64,000 nt of DNA from NCBI GenBank assembly GCA_964035545.1, contig OZ037771.1, positions 15,347,289 to 15,411,288 on the forward strand, written 5' to 3'. Below, piece by piece: positions 34,810-48,500 of this stretch; position 1 is the stretch's first letter, and each line of letters starts with the position of its first letter. This DNA comes from Bugula neritina. Lineage: Eukaryota; Animalia; Bryozoa. Under the pieces are notes generated by a model. It was not told the origin of the DNA, ran no database searches, and saw only the letters and a list, made by a program, of their open reading frames with translations. The translations under genes and the position numbers were made by a program.

Positions 34810-35819
34810 ATGGGTAAACAGGAGTTCAATATGCTGATTATAACATGTGGCAGTCTCACCAAACAATTCCCATTGGTCGAACGATGTTTACCAAATATTC
34901 CAGAAAAGTCCAAACAGTCTGTAACGGTGAGCATAGCCCTGAGATTTTATAGAAAATGCTTTCTAAAGCTAAACGCATCATTTCCTTGGTGTAACAACCA
35001 CTGTATAGGTAGACTTCTACGTGTAAACTAAGATAAACCATGGAGTATAAACAATATGCTAAGAGTTGTCTTCTTTGAATTGAGCTGAAACATCACTATC
35101 TTGATATAAGCCATAATATTAGTGTGCCCTCTAACCACAGTACAACCCAAGAAGTTATCTCCTCAACATCAAATACTAGTCAGAGTTATCTCCCCTAAGG
35201 CACACATACTGAGTCAGCAGAGGTACATCTCCAATAGCAACGGAATAACAACCATTATCTGTTTACAAACATTTCAAATAAGATAACAGGAGTTGAATCA
35301 TGACTTTCATGCCTTTATGATATTGTAAATAAAATAAAATAGACGTGCATATAGTAGTGATGACCTGTAGTCTGTGTATGTAGACAATAATGCTCTACTG
35401 TTTCTATTCCGCAGGTAAATGATCGGCAAAGAGTAGAGTTCAATGTCACATCATGCGGAGGTAATATTTCCGGTCTGAAAGAAAGCTGTGATAATACGGA
35501 TGCTTACATCATATTCTATGACACGACAAGACCCGAAGCAGTTTCTATTTATGATAGTTTTATTAAGCAGACTCTTAGGACCAATGGGAAAGCAGTTCGG
35601 GTGGTGGGTATACGGCCCACATCCACTAAAAGAAGTATTACACGGAAATCTCAAAGATCTAAGTCTATTTCTTCTAGATGGGGTTCTTGTCACGAGGTTA
35701 TAATATGTCAAGGAGACAGCTCTGCTCAAAGGAAACGACTTTATCGAATAATCGCAAACCAACTTATACAGTTACAGGATAGCCCGTATGAACAAAACAC
35801 TTGTTGCACTATCTTGTAA
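34810..35819 (+). CDS. Ras-superfamily-fold protein with CAAX (CCTIL) and degenerate G motifs (putative pseudo-GTPase 2), 2 exons, 173 aa
   Basis: Exons 34810-34926 and 35415-35819. FNMLIITCGSLTKQ, TDAYIIFYDTTRPEAVSIYDSFI, VRVVGIRP, RKSQRSKSISSRWG, ends CCTIL. Confidence 0.72.
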
Positions 35820-36555
35820 TGAACCAATTAAATATGATAGAATGCTAATTTGATACAATCTGCATAATCTTATATATTTTATTGTTTCACTTAATATTTT
35901 ATTAATAATTTACGTATAATGCTCAATTTTATAGTTTATCAAACATTTTTTCTATATGAATCATCACAATCAAAATAAATAACTAGGTTAGTGCATATTT
36001 GATTGATATTCTTTTCTAGTAACAAAAAAGTTTAGTAAACATAGTAATTTATTTAATGCAAAATGTTTTACATCAGATATGATATAATATTATTATGTTA
36101 GAACTTGTATGAATGAAGTACAGGTATATTATTATTCACATTTAGCCGATAGTTAGAGAGCGGGCAACTCTACATAATTAATGACCCGTATCTATTATTT
36201 GCCTATTCTCAAATATTAAGATGGCAGGTTTTAAAACGAGTTATTACGACATTTACCAAGACGGCAAGTGGTACCTGCGTTTCTTGACTTTCATTTAGCT
36301 AAAGGTAGGGTGAATGCATGAGCGAACTATTTTTTGGAGAATTGGTGAGACTAACACTTAGATTCTAACAGCAATTCAAACAACAGACGATGGTCAATTT
36401 TTCTGTAATCGGTACATTGTAATTTATTATCATTATCTCTCAAGTGGTAGACGAGTGTAGTATTTTTGTTATCTCGTTCATGCAGCTTTTGCGATTTACC
36501 TTAGATGATTTAAATAATATCAATATGTGTTGCAAACATTGACATATTAGAAGCA

Positions 36556-39500
36556 ATGGCTGAACCAGTGGTATCAGACTGTGGCGCTAGACTAAGAGAC
36601 TCTCATACTCACAGTCACAGTGATAGTCATACTGATACTCATTCTGATTCTAAAAGTGGAATAAACAACAAAGCTAAACATAGGCTGAAGTCTAAGAAAA
36701 CAAATGTTGAACAGAGTCAACTTCAGGTCGAAGATGAAACAACTTCATCATCTGCAGGGAGTCCTAATCATTTTGTTTATCGTAATAATAATGTGAACAA
36801 GAATGTTATTGAATATCATGATGGTGATCGCGGTGACAACAAACCAAGGATAAGCACACATTTAGGGATAGAATCGTCAATAGGAGGTCAAGATACTAGT
36901 ACTTACGCTAGCAGCAATTCACAGTCAGATGCTAACACGGCACTATGGGTTATAAATCACGCATCTCATACCCCAGCTCACAATCATAGTGATAGTAATT
37001 CTTACTCTAGTCGCAGTAATGTTAAACTTACTGAAATTAATACTTACCGTCATCATACCAATGGAAATTCGCATTCAACTCGGTCGTCTGCAAATCTAAA
37101 GAAAAATGATGGTAGCAATTCTGGTGTACTAGATCCTATCAGTATCACTGCCTCAAATTTTTCTACAGGAATCAAAGTTGATCACAGTAATGGCAGTGTA
37201 AGTTGTGACAGTAAAAACTATTTGCCTTCCACTGCTCAACATCATTTTCAGATAAGAAACCAAGGTGATGCTCACTTGAACCAACAAGGTAATTAAAATA
37301 GGAATAACTTTCATGCCAAATTTGTTATCACACTCACATTGACAATTGCTTTCTCTGATTGTTGTATTATGATTATTGACCATTGTATTGGTAGTAAAAT
37401 GTTTGCCTTGACTTCTGTTATAATTAACTTCCCTGCTAAATACTGGTATCAGTTTTACTTGCATTTAATTTCAGCTTGCAACAGGGAGACTGAGAATTCT
37501 TTGAAGAGTTTATCTCAAACCAAATCTGTAAACCTGAAGGTAAGCTAGTGTATAATGTTCATATCCATGTTCTTTATACTCACAGTAGGAGCAGTATAAA
37601 TTTGTAGACACTTTTTTATTGTTCTTAATTGTTATACTATATACTATGAACAACAATAACACACATTTTGAATTTATATTTTTCTTTATAAAATCATAAA
37701 CTTATAAGGGAATTAAGGCAGCATTTGAACAATTCTGTGATATTTCTCTAAAAGCATAATACAGAACAATAATAAATTCAAAGATTTGAAATCAATTTGC
37801 AGTGCAGTTTCTTATTTTATCCGCTTGATTATAAAGTGTAATGTATTTTATGCTATCCCAAAGTGTTGCACAACCATTTCAAAATCTTACTGGTTGTAAT
37901 GTCTAAAAGGTAGGGAATTTGGTACTTTGTTGTAATAAGCAGTTTACTAATACGTTGTAAACATAGTTGATGTATAATATATTTAAATTATAATTATTGT
38001 TGAAATAAATCTGGTAGACCTAATTATTATGTTTTTATTCTACGAAAAGTTGGTAAAATCAGACTTTGTTTTACTAATTTTAAATTTGTTTTTAAGCACA
38101 TGAATTATTATACCACTACTACTAGCATTGCAACAGTGGTTTACAAGTTTTCACTTAATTTATAATTGATAAGTAAGTGGTTAGTGTGGTGGGATAGTAT
38201 GTTGGGTTAGTGTGGTGGGATAGTATGGTGGGATAGTATGGTAGGATAGTATGGTGGTATAGTATGGTGGGATAGTATGGTGGGATAGTGTAGTGAGATA
38301 GTATGGTGGGATAGTATGGTGGGATAGTATGTTGGGTTAGTATGGTGGGATAGTGTAGTGAGATAGTATGGTGGGATAGTATGGTGGGATAGTATGGTGG
38401 GATAGCGTGGTGGGATAGTATGGTGGGATAGCGTGGTGGGATAGTGTAGTGGTATAGTATGGTGGGATAATATGGTGGGTTAATGCATAGAGTGTTGGTT
38501 GACGACCCTCAGTGTGGACATAACTCCAGTGGAATACATTCTTTCACTCTGGCCAATAATGATATCTGTCATGCCGCTAGGACTTCCTGTTAACTTGTTA
38601 CAAGTCTTCTAATTGGTTACCTAGTGGCAAGCTATTGATATTTCCTCAAGTGTGCTGAACATAACAGTTGAGTGGGTCTCCAGAATGATATTTAGTTGTT
38701 GAAATGTTAAAATATGATGATGAATTGTACACTTGAGTGTTGCATAGTATAGCTGAGTAGCACTACACATGTATTAATGGCCCTTCATTCCTAGCTATTA
38801 AGGTTTGTATAAATATTGAGCTGATAGTGTAGGTTGTATGTATTCTACTGTTTACATCATAACCATTAGATTAGTGGAGTTAGAATAACATAATTGAGCT
38901 CTCATAGCAGTAGCTGGGAGATGTTGAATGGCTGTAACATCACATCTACTCCTTAGTTATTATCTGAGTAGTGGTGTGTTTGTCTTACTTTTCTGTCGGT
39001 GGGAGTTGTAGGTGAGTTGAATTTTGAGATGCTGTTACCTGTATACTTATATATATAATATAGTATTTACACTGAGATGGTGTTACCTGTATACCTATAT
39101 ATATATATAATAATATAGTATTTACACTGAGATGGTGTTACCTGTATACTTATATATATAATATAGTATTTACACTAAGGTGGTGTTACCTGTATACTTA
39201 TATATATAATATAGTATTTACTCTGAGGTGGTGTTACATGTATACTTATATGTATAATATAGTATTTACACTGAGATGGTGTTACCTGTATACTTGTATA
39301 TATAATATAGTATTTACACCTAGGTGGTGTTACCTGTATACTTATATATATAATATAGTGTTTACACTGACATATGATTATTTCAGAACTCAACTGAAGA
39401 TTTAAACTCCGTCACCTCAAGTCATACAAAACTCAGACTTCAACTAAAAAGAGTCAAACTTTTCTCTTTGAGAAAATTTCGTTCCAAACCTTCAATGAAT

Positions 39501-42500
39501 TCCAGCAATGAATCACTGAATAGGTGAGCTTCGTAAACATTATATTATGTGTCACACAGGTGTCAGTATTGCATGTCATACAGGTGTCAGTAATAGGTGT
39601 CACAGGTATTAGTACTATGTGGCACACCTGTCATTACCATGTGTCGTTCAGGTGTCAGTATAATGTGTCACACAGGTGTCTGTACTATGTGTCACACAGG
39701 TATAGCAGTGTATCTTTACTGTTACAGTGCAGACAGCGATTCTATGTCATTCAGTTCATCTTTCGTGAGTCTATCGAGGCCGTCGTTTCCTGTTAATATC
39801 AAGTCACCATCAACCAAGTCCCAGACAGGGTCGGATCGCTCCCCCAAGAGTCCCCTCCAGCTCTACACCCCTCACCCAGCATTCAACAACCTGGCTGGCA
39901 AACTACTCGGCAGTAAACAGAGTTCCAGTAACATCCGTAGTCTGAGATCTGATGTCTCTCCGGAGCCTGCAGACCCCAAACCTTCCCAAGATAAGGTCTG
40001 TCAGTTTCTTATCTGTAGTCTGAGTTCTATACTCTGTAGTCTGAGTAATATACTCTGTGGTCTGAGTAATGTACTCTGTAGTCTGAGTAGTATACTCTGT
40101 AGTCTGAGTAATATACTCTGTAGTCTGAGTAATATACTCTGTAGTCTGAGTAATATACTCTGTAGTCTGAGTAATATACTCTGTAGTCTGAGTAATATAC
40201 TCTATAGTCTGAGTAATATACTCTGTAGTCTGAGTAATATACTCTGTAGTCTGAGTAATATACTCTGTAGTCTGAGTAATATACTCTATAGTCTGAGTAA
40301 TATACTGTGTAGGCAGGTACCAGGTCTGCATCCGACAGCACTCTGCTGGAAGAACTCTGGGATACTGACAGCAGCATCACGGAAGATGAGGGCATTACAG
40401 ACGTAAACAGTCCCCCTCCTTCCTGTCCCTCCCCTCTTACGTCTGCTGCTGTAGCCAGGAGCCTCAGCTTGCCGTCTGCAAGTGCCACGTCAGCAGGTGG
40501 AGCTCCTGGCAGCTCCGATGAGGCAGCGGTTGGCACTAAACGGAGGAATATGAGAATCAAGTCAAGGAAGACACACCCACCCACCACGTCTGCTGCCAAT
40601 CAACAGGTTGTGGGCGTGGCTAAGGACACTAATGACTTCCAGAGTTTCCCGCTCGGTCCAAAGGTAGTATATACTTACTCTGACATGTATACTTACTCTG
40701 ACATATATACTTACTCTGACATATATACTTACTCTGCCTGATACAAGTAAGTCATTGTATCTAACTTCAGCCCGACTCAAGTGAAACGAGTGTCTTCTCC
40801 AACGAGAGCCTCTTTCTGAGTGAAGGAAACCTGTACGATGACTCGTCTCCACTGGAGGAAGTCATCACTGAGCTGACCCGGAAGTTCCCGCCCACTCGGC
40901 TGTCTCAGTCTGCAAAGAGCAGCAAAGATCGAGGTCACAAGAGTGAGCCTTTCCCTGACGGTACGCCCTGCTCTATACCTGTGTTACCTGTATACTATAC
41001 TATTACCTGTGTTACCTGTATACTATACTATTACCTGTATATTATACTATTACCTGTGTTACCTGTATATTATACTATTACCTGTATACTATACTATCAC
41101 CTGTATTATCTGTATATGTAGGGACTGCTCAACAGTTTATGCAGGCGGTGACCTCCAGATGTCCTTCAGGTATGACCCGCAGTGTTCACTCCTTACCCCT
41201 CGTATGCGAAGAGCCAACTCAATCTGAGCATATGGTGAGTATCACTACTACTCACTACCAGTACCACTCACTACCAGTACTACTCACTATCAGTATTACT
41301 CACTACTACTCAGTCTCAGTACTACTCACTGCTACTCAGTGTCAGTACTACTCACTACCAGTACTACTCACTGCTACTCAATCTCAGTACTACTCACTGC
41401 TACTTAGTCTCAGTACTACTCACTACCAGTACCACTCACTACTACTCAGTCTCAGTACTACTCACTACCAGTACCACTCACTACTACTCACTATCAGTAC
41501 TACTCACTATCAGTACTACTCACTACTACTCAGTCTCAGTACTACTCACTATCAGTATTACTCACTACTACTCAGTCTCAGTACTACTCAGTATAATATT
41601 CACTTACTAGAGAGATAAACACTGTCACAGTTGAAGTGTGGCCAACTCAAAGCTAATGAAATGTTGAACATATTCTAGTTTCCTTCTTGTTTCCATGACA
41701 CTCAGTCACTTTTCTGGCACAGCACCACCTCTACATACATAATAATTTCCATTTAGCAGTTAATTTATTCCTAGGCTCAGTTTGTTGATGAATTGCCGTA
41801 GATTATAGGACTAGGTGCGGTTTAGATGTCTTCTGCAGTTGAACATAATCATATAACTGTGTGGTACTGTACTGTATACCGTATTCAGTCTCACTAATAA
41901 CTATTACTCAGTCTCACTAATAACTATCACTCAGTCTCACTCACTAATAACTGTCACCCAGTCTCACTCACTAACAACTATCACTCAGTCTCACTAATAA
42001 CTATCGCCCAGTCTCACTCATTATTAACTATCACATTCTGCCAAAGGATGCAGCTGTAGGATTTGATCTATTTGGAAAGGCCAGTGTTTTGATTCAAAAG
42101 TCTTAAAAATAGTTGTTTGTTCATTGACTTGCCTCCGCACCCTAAAAGATAACCTGCAGAGAAAGTTAAAGGACTTGAGTTATTGAAATATGGCTGCAGA
42201 TAAATGGTATAAATTTAGTGTTGGTATATGATTACCTCATTAAATGTTTTCACCTGGACACGTAGTCTAGGTCATGTTTGATTAAGTAAGCCAATACCTC
42301 CTGCAAACACCCTGTGTACACACTAAATTAAATACTTTCCTTCTCTCCAGCCTTCATCAGCCCCTTTCAAGTGTTACACTTATCAACTACATTGTACACT
42401 TTCATGTTTACACCTAGCTCAACATTATGTACACTACTTATCAACCCCTTAGTCATTAGTGTGTGTGTTACATAGCAAGTTCACTTTATCTCTCCTTTCT

Positions 42501-45500
42501 GCTCATAGCATTATCCCCCCCCCCTGCTTGTTCTCTCCCTGCTTGTTCTCTCCCTGCTTGTTCTCTCCCTGCTTCCTCTCCCTGCTTCCTCTCCCCCTGC
42601 CTCTTCTCCCATTGCCACATTCATTAAATTTTGTCAGAAAATCTTGGGTTTTCTTTCCACTAAGCCATTGAACTGGAGCAGTTTTTTGGAAGGGGGGGTT
42701 GCGCCCGTGATAATGATACTCAGTCAGTAACTAACTACTAGTACTACTCACTCAGTCAATAACTAACTACTAGTGCTACTCACTCAGTCAACAACTAACT
42801 ACTAGTACTACTCACTCAGTCAATAACTAACTACTAGTACTACTCACTCAGTCAATAACTACTAGTACTACTCACCCAGTCAATAACTAACTACTAGTAC
42901 TACTCACTCAGTCAATAACTAACTACTAGTACTACTCACCCAGTCACGAACTAGAATGCAACATATATAGATACAAGCAACGCACAGCATCATCTAACAG
43001 TTCAGTCCAACTGCGACATCAGCACATGACTGGAAAGTTCCACCAGAGGAATTCTCTACAAGAGGAAAGCCCTACAACTTACAAGGGGGAAAGCCCCTCC
43101 ATTGTCACCATTCTATTCACCAGTCTACAAAACTATTCATAAAGAGATTACAATTTCTTACGCATGGAAATTGATATTTATTCGGACATGTGGCTTATCT
43201 TTGAGCCCCTCACCAACCACTAAACTAAACTCTGCGTAACCCTTGATGATCAGCCAGTAACTAGTTGCTAATATTCAAATACTTTGTGAATGTCAGGAGT
43301 GGAATATATAGAATAAATAAGTGTTAGTCAGTGCCTTTGTGTGGCAATTCGTCTGTCTGTGCGTCATAATCTAAGGAATGGGTGAAGTGAGCTGGTGTTG
43401 TGACCCACTTGACTTCTGCAAGGCTGTAAACATGTCACCTTGAGCTCTACACACACTCCTTGAACTCTATACACTCTTCTCCTTGACCTCTATACACTCT
43501 TGCCTTATCTCGAGCACTGCTGCGAGTCCCTAATTGACATATTTCTGACTCTGTTGGTAAATATTTACAAATATTATGCTGTATAACTGTGATGCTGTGA
43601 AGCATGATATACTATACTCAGCTGACATGTTACATCACACTCTCCTCTCCTAATAGACAGCACACAGGTGTTCTACCTCACCTTCTCTCTGCTCTGTTGT
43701 AAAGCAAAAGTTTCAAGATTAATTTTAAAAAGGTGGTGAGCTGAGAAATAGCAGTCCAGCCCTTGCTACAAGGGTGATAGAGTTTAGCTACAGCAAGGGG
43801 AAGGGGTGTAGTTACAGTAAGAGAAAGGAGTGTAGTTACAGCAAGAGAAAGGGGTGTAGCTACAGCAAGGGGAAGGGGTGTAGCTACAGCAAGGGGAAGG
43901 GGTGTAGCTACAGCAAGGGGAAGGGGTGTAGCTACAGCAAGGGAAAGGGGTTCATTGTGTGGGAGAGTTGCAGTGCAATGATGCCAGAGTCAGCCTGCCA
44001 GACCTACGCTGTTACAGAGTGTCAGTGTCATATCTTGTATGTTGAGAGGAACTGCTCCTCAGAATTCCATTCTACAAGTAATTGGTCCATATGTTTGTTT
44101 TTGAATTTAGTTCTGAGTAGATGTTGATTGGTAGAGGTTATACACAAATACTTCTTGTAATTGAGTTGTGTTTGTTTTTCCAACCTGTAATAGAATGTGT
44201 GCAGTAGAGTTTGTTCTGTGTTAGCTGACACCACAGAGAAAGTGCGTGCTGTTAGCTGACACCACAGAGCAAGTGTCTGTGTGCTGTTAGCTGACACCAC
44301 AGAGCAAGTGTCTGTGTGCTGTTAGCTGACACCACAGAGCAAGTGTGTGCTGTTAGCTGACACCACAGAGCAAGTGTGTGCTGTTAGCTGACACTACAGA
44401 GCAAGTGTGTGCTGTTAGCTGACACTACAGAGCAAGTGTGTGCTGTTAGCTGACACTACAGAGCAAGTGTGTACTGTTAGCTGACACCATATAGCAAGTG
44501 TGTGCTGTTAGCTGACACCACAGAGCAAGTGTCTGTGTGCTGTTAGCTGACACCACAGAGCAAGTGTGTGCTGTTAGCTGACACCACAGAGCAAGTGTTA
44601 GCTGACTGAGACAAGCACCTGCTAGCCCAGCTCTCACTCAATCTAACCATAAGGCCCTGCTGCTCTAATTAGTAATTTGTGTTGACATTTAGAATGATGC
44701 CCAGAGAAAGGCCATAGTGGAGGAGATAATTGCCAGTGAAGAGAAATATGTGAAGAATTTAGAGCAAATATCTCAGGTGTGTAAAGCAGATGCCTCTGGC
44801 ATTGGTAGAGTGTATTAAATTGAAGTATGTGTATAATTAGTAGAGTGTGCTTGTTATATAATCTTAACTTATTAAATTACCTCAACTAATTACACTACAA
44901 TATATACTATATGTACATACTGTACATACTATCACATGCTATACAGTATATGTATATACTATCACATGCTATACAATATATGTACATACTATCACATGCT
45001 ATACAGTATATACATACTAACAGGCAGTGAAGGAGATAGAGGAAGAGAACTTACTAGACAAAGAGTTACTCTACGCCATCTTCCATGATCTCCGACTCCA
45101 GGAAACCTCCGTCCACCACTTCATTCTGCTCGACTCTCTCAAGAAGATCGTAGCTAACAACAGCTGGGATGCAGACAGCTCTGTCATAGGTCCTGTCATG
45201 TTCAACACAGTGAGTGTAGTGTGTTGTCTATTCCCTCGCATGTATGTTACTAGTCAAAGTCATTATACATATTATATATATTATAGTTTAATGTTATTGA
45301 TATATATTATTGTTATTATATGATATCAATATACTCTAGCCACAATGTAGATTGTTAAATATTCTAAATTGTGCATCTTGTGATATCTTGCAAGTTGTTC
45401 TTCCAACTTAGCCAATGGAAAGGCAACTCCGAGAAATAAACAATAGCGTTAGGTTGCTGGTACAGCTCTACTCCTCTTGTAGTTCCAGAGCTCTTCCCTT

Positions 45501-48500
45501 AGAGACAATTATCTTGCTTATGTTGGAAAGTGTGAGAAGTCAAAGCAGCTCATGAAAACACAACTCTCAAAAAATGCAGCTTTAGAAAAGTTCAACGAGG
45601 TAATGCTGTTAGTTCTGTGTGTAGAGATCGTTAGCTCTGTGTAGAGAGTGTTAGTTCTCTGTGTAGAGAGTGTTAGTTCTTTGTGGAGAGAGTTAGCTCT
45701 GTGTAGAGAGTGTTAGTTCTCTGTGTAGAGTGTTAGTTCTCTGTGTAGAGTGTGTTAGTTCTCTGTGTAGAGAGTGTTAATTCTGTGGAGAGAGAGTTAG
45801 TTCTCTGTGTAGAGAGAGTTAGCTCTGTGTGGAGAGAGAGTTAGTTCTCTGTGTAGAGAGAGTTAGTTCTCTGTGTAGAGAGAGAGTTAGTTCTGTGTAG
45901 AGAGAGTGTTAATTCTCTGCGTAAAGAGTGTATAACCATAGAGTACATTGTCAGTTGTTCATATGATGAGGCGTGTCTCTAAGGATTTGTAGTACCAGTT
46001 ATATTTTAAATGATTTTAGAAATTCAAGCGAAAGAACAAGAGTGGACAGCATCTAAAAGAGGCAATCATGCTGCCTGCAAATAGATTAAGCAGTTATTTG
46101 ATGTTACTAGAGGTATGTTTCTCTCTCTCTGATAACTCACTCATTTTCTGTAATGACTCACTCTCTCTGATGACTCACTCTCTCTGATGAGTTGTGCAAG
46201 TTTCTACTGTAATTACACACTTGCCATGTTTTTGATGTTGCTATTCATCATCATCTTAGAGCAGTAACTTCCCTTGTACTTTGTACATGTTTGTTAACCT
46301 TACAGCGCTACTTGAAGTACACCCCGCTACACCATCCCGACTATGTGGAGGTGCCTAAGGCTTTAGAGACGGTGAAGACTCTGCTAGACACTGTTGGTAA
46401 AGTTGATAATAAAAGCCGAAAGACAACTCTGAAGAAGTTGGAAGAACTTCTTGAGGTGTCAGAGGTGTGTATAGAATCCATTCTCTCCTCTCTTAGAGAT
46501 ACAGCACAGTGTTGTCTGCTCGTGTCTCTCTCAATAGTTGTCTGCCCTTTCATTCCTTCATTGTTTGTAGCTTGTGGCCCCGGATAGAGACTTTATCAGA
46601 GTGGATACGGTCACGTTCCTAGTGAGTATACTTATATAATAGTTGATGCTGTGTTCTCAAATCTCTAACATATTGGGGAGACACACACTGTTCCTCTTTT
46701 TCACAGGCCCACAGGCAAGATTTCAGGCTATGGATGTTCTCAGATCTCATACTAATGACGGTGAATAAACGCAGCACCAGCAGGAAAGATTCTTCAATAG
46801 TCTTGTGAGTGTATAATAAATATGATACTATGTCTCTCCATTTGTGTCAGCCTGAAACAGTATCTAGGTCAGTGTGTAGTATCTAGGTCAGTGTATAGTA
46901 TCTAGGTCAGTGTATAGTATCTAGGTCAGTGTGTAGTATCTAGGTCAATGTATAGTATATAGGTTCGTGTACAGTATGTAGATCGGCGTGACAAAGTATC
47001 TAGGTCAGTGTATAGTATCTAGGTCAGCATGTGGTATATAGGTCAGCGAATATTGCAGACACGGACAGCATGGTCAAGATATTGTTCCCGGTCACAAGAG
47101 TTCTCATAAACTACACAAGCGAGTGGGACTAGAAGACACGGAAGTGCTCAACTGTAAGTTTCACTGAATCTGCTGCTCCATTCGAGGTCATATCTCTCTG
47201 AAGTAGAGAGTTATGAAGTAACTGCAGCATACTAACTTCCTGTTTATCTCGCAGCTCCTGAGACGGAGGTGAAGAAGTATGCAGAAGACATCAAGACCGT
47301 CGAGTCTGACCTCCTACTTCTCCGGGAGATTCAAGAGAAGGCAACTCTGCTCTCACAGTCTCAGCAGGTTAGTTTTTCCTCCTCTTTCTTCCTCCTCTAC
47401 CAGAGAGCTTGTCTCTTCCTCCACCAGAGAGCTTCTCTCTTCCTCCTCCACCAGAGAGCTTGTTTCTTCCTTCTCCACCAGAGAGCTAGACTCGTCTCAC
47501 TCCTTCCTTTTACAGATGCTGCTGTCCCAGATTTCCGGTCAAATAACGAGATGTGAGCAGAACCTCCGAGCTCTGCGGCAGCGGGTGGACACAACGGACT
47601 TGGCATCACTCCGCCTCCTCATGCAGGCACCGTGAGTAGTACTTTGACTATGACTAGTAGTACTTTCACTACGACTAGTAGTACTTTCACTATGGCTATT
47701 AGTACTATCACTATGACTAGTAGTACTGTCACTATGACTAGTAGTACTGTCACTACAACTAGTAGTACTATCACTACGACTAGTAGTACTATCACTACGA
47801 CTAGTAGTACTGTCACTACGACTAGTAGTACTGTCACTATGACTAGAAGTACTGTCACTATGACTAGTAGTACTGTCACTATGACTAGTAGTACTATCAC
47901 TATGACTAGTAGTACTGTCACTATGACTAGTAGTACTGTCACTATGACTAGTAGTACTATCACTATGGTTATTAAAACTGTCACATTCTGTTCTCCAGGG
48001 ATGGAGGTCAGGAATACAAGCTGGTGTTCAGAGACGCCAAGGTTCGCTCCTCCTGGGAGAAAGACTTCCTCACGGCTAAGCACGGTCTGGAGACCGCTAA
48101 CTTCAACAAACTCCCTCCGGAATTTGTTACTGAGATTCCAGTTGACAAAACTCGAGCTGGCATGCAGGTTTGTAGTGTATTTATAGTGTACTTATTTGTA
48201 GGTAAGGTAATGTACTTACCTGTAAGTAATGTAATATACTTACCTGTAGTTCACATGTGCTGCCTCCACGATGACTGGTCCGGCCAGTGAGAAGCAGATG
48301 TGGTTCTGTAACAGCGACAGCAGCGCTGCTCACCTCTGCAGGCTGTCGGCATCGTCTAGACCGACTCTGATAGACTGTGCACCTCTACCTAACTGCAGCA
48401 GTAGAGTGGCGGCTATGTGCGCCACCCCGGCTCACAAGGAAACCGGTGCGTAGCAATATATACGTCGTACTATGTATAATATACACGTTACACTATGTAT

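Noticed and set aside
43774-44127. ORF with CSYSKGKG repeats
   Set aside because: It is a 24-bp intronic minisatellite inside ARHGEF17 with a GTG start and no splice support.
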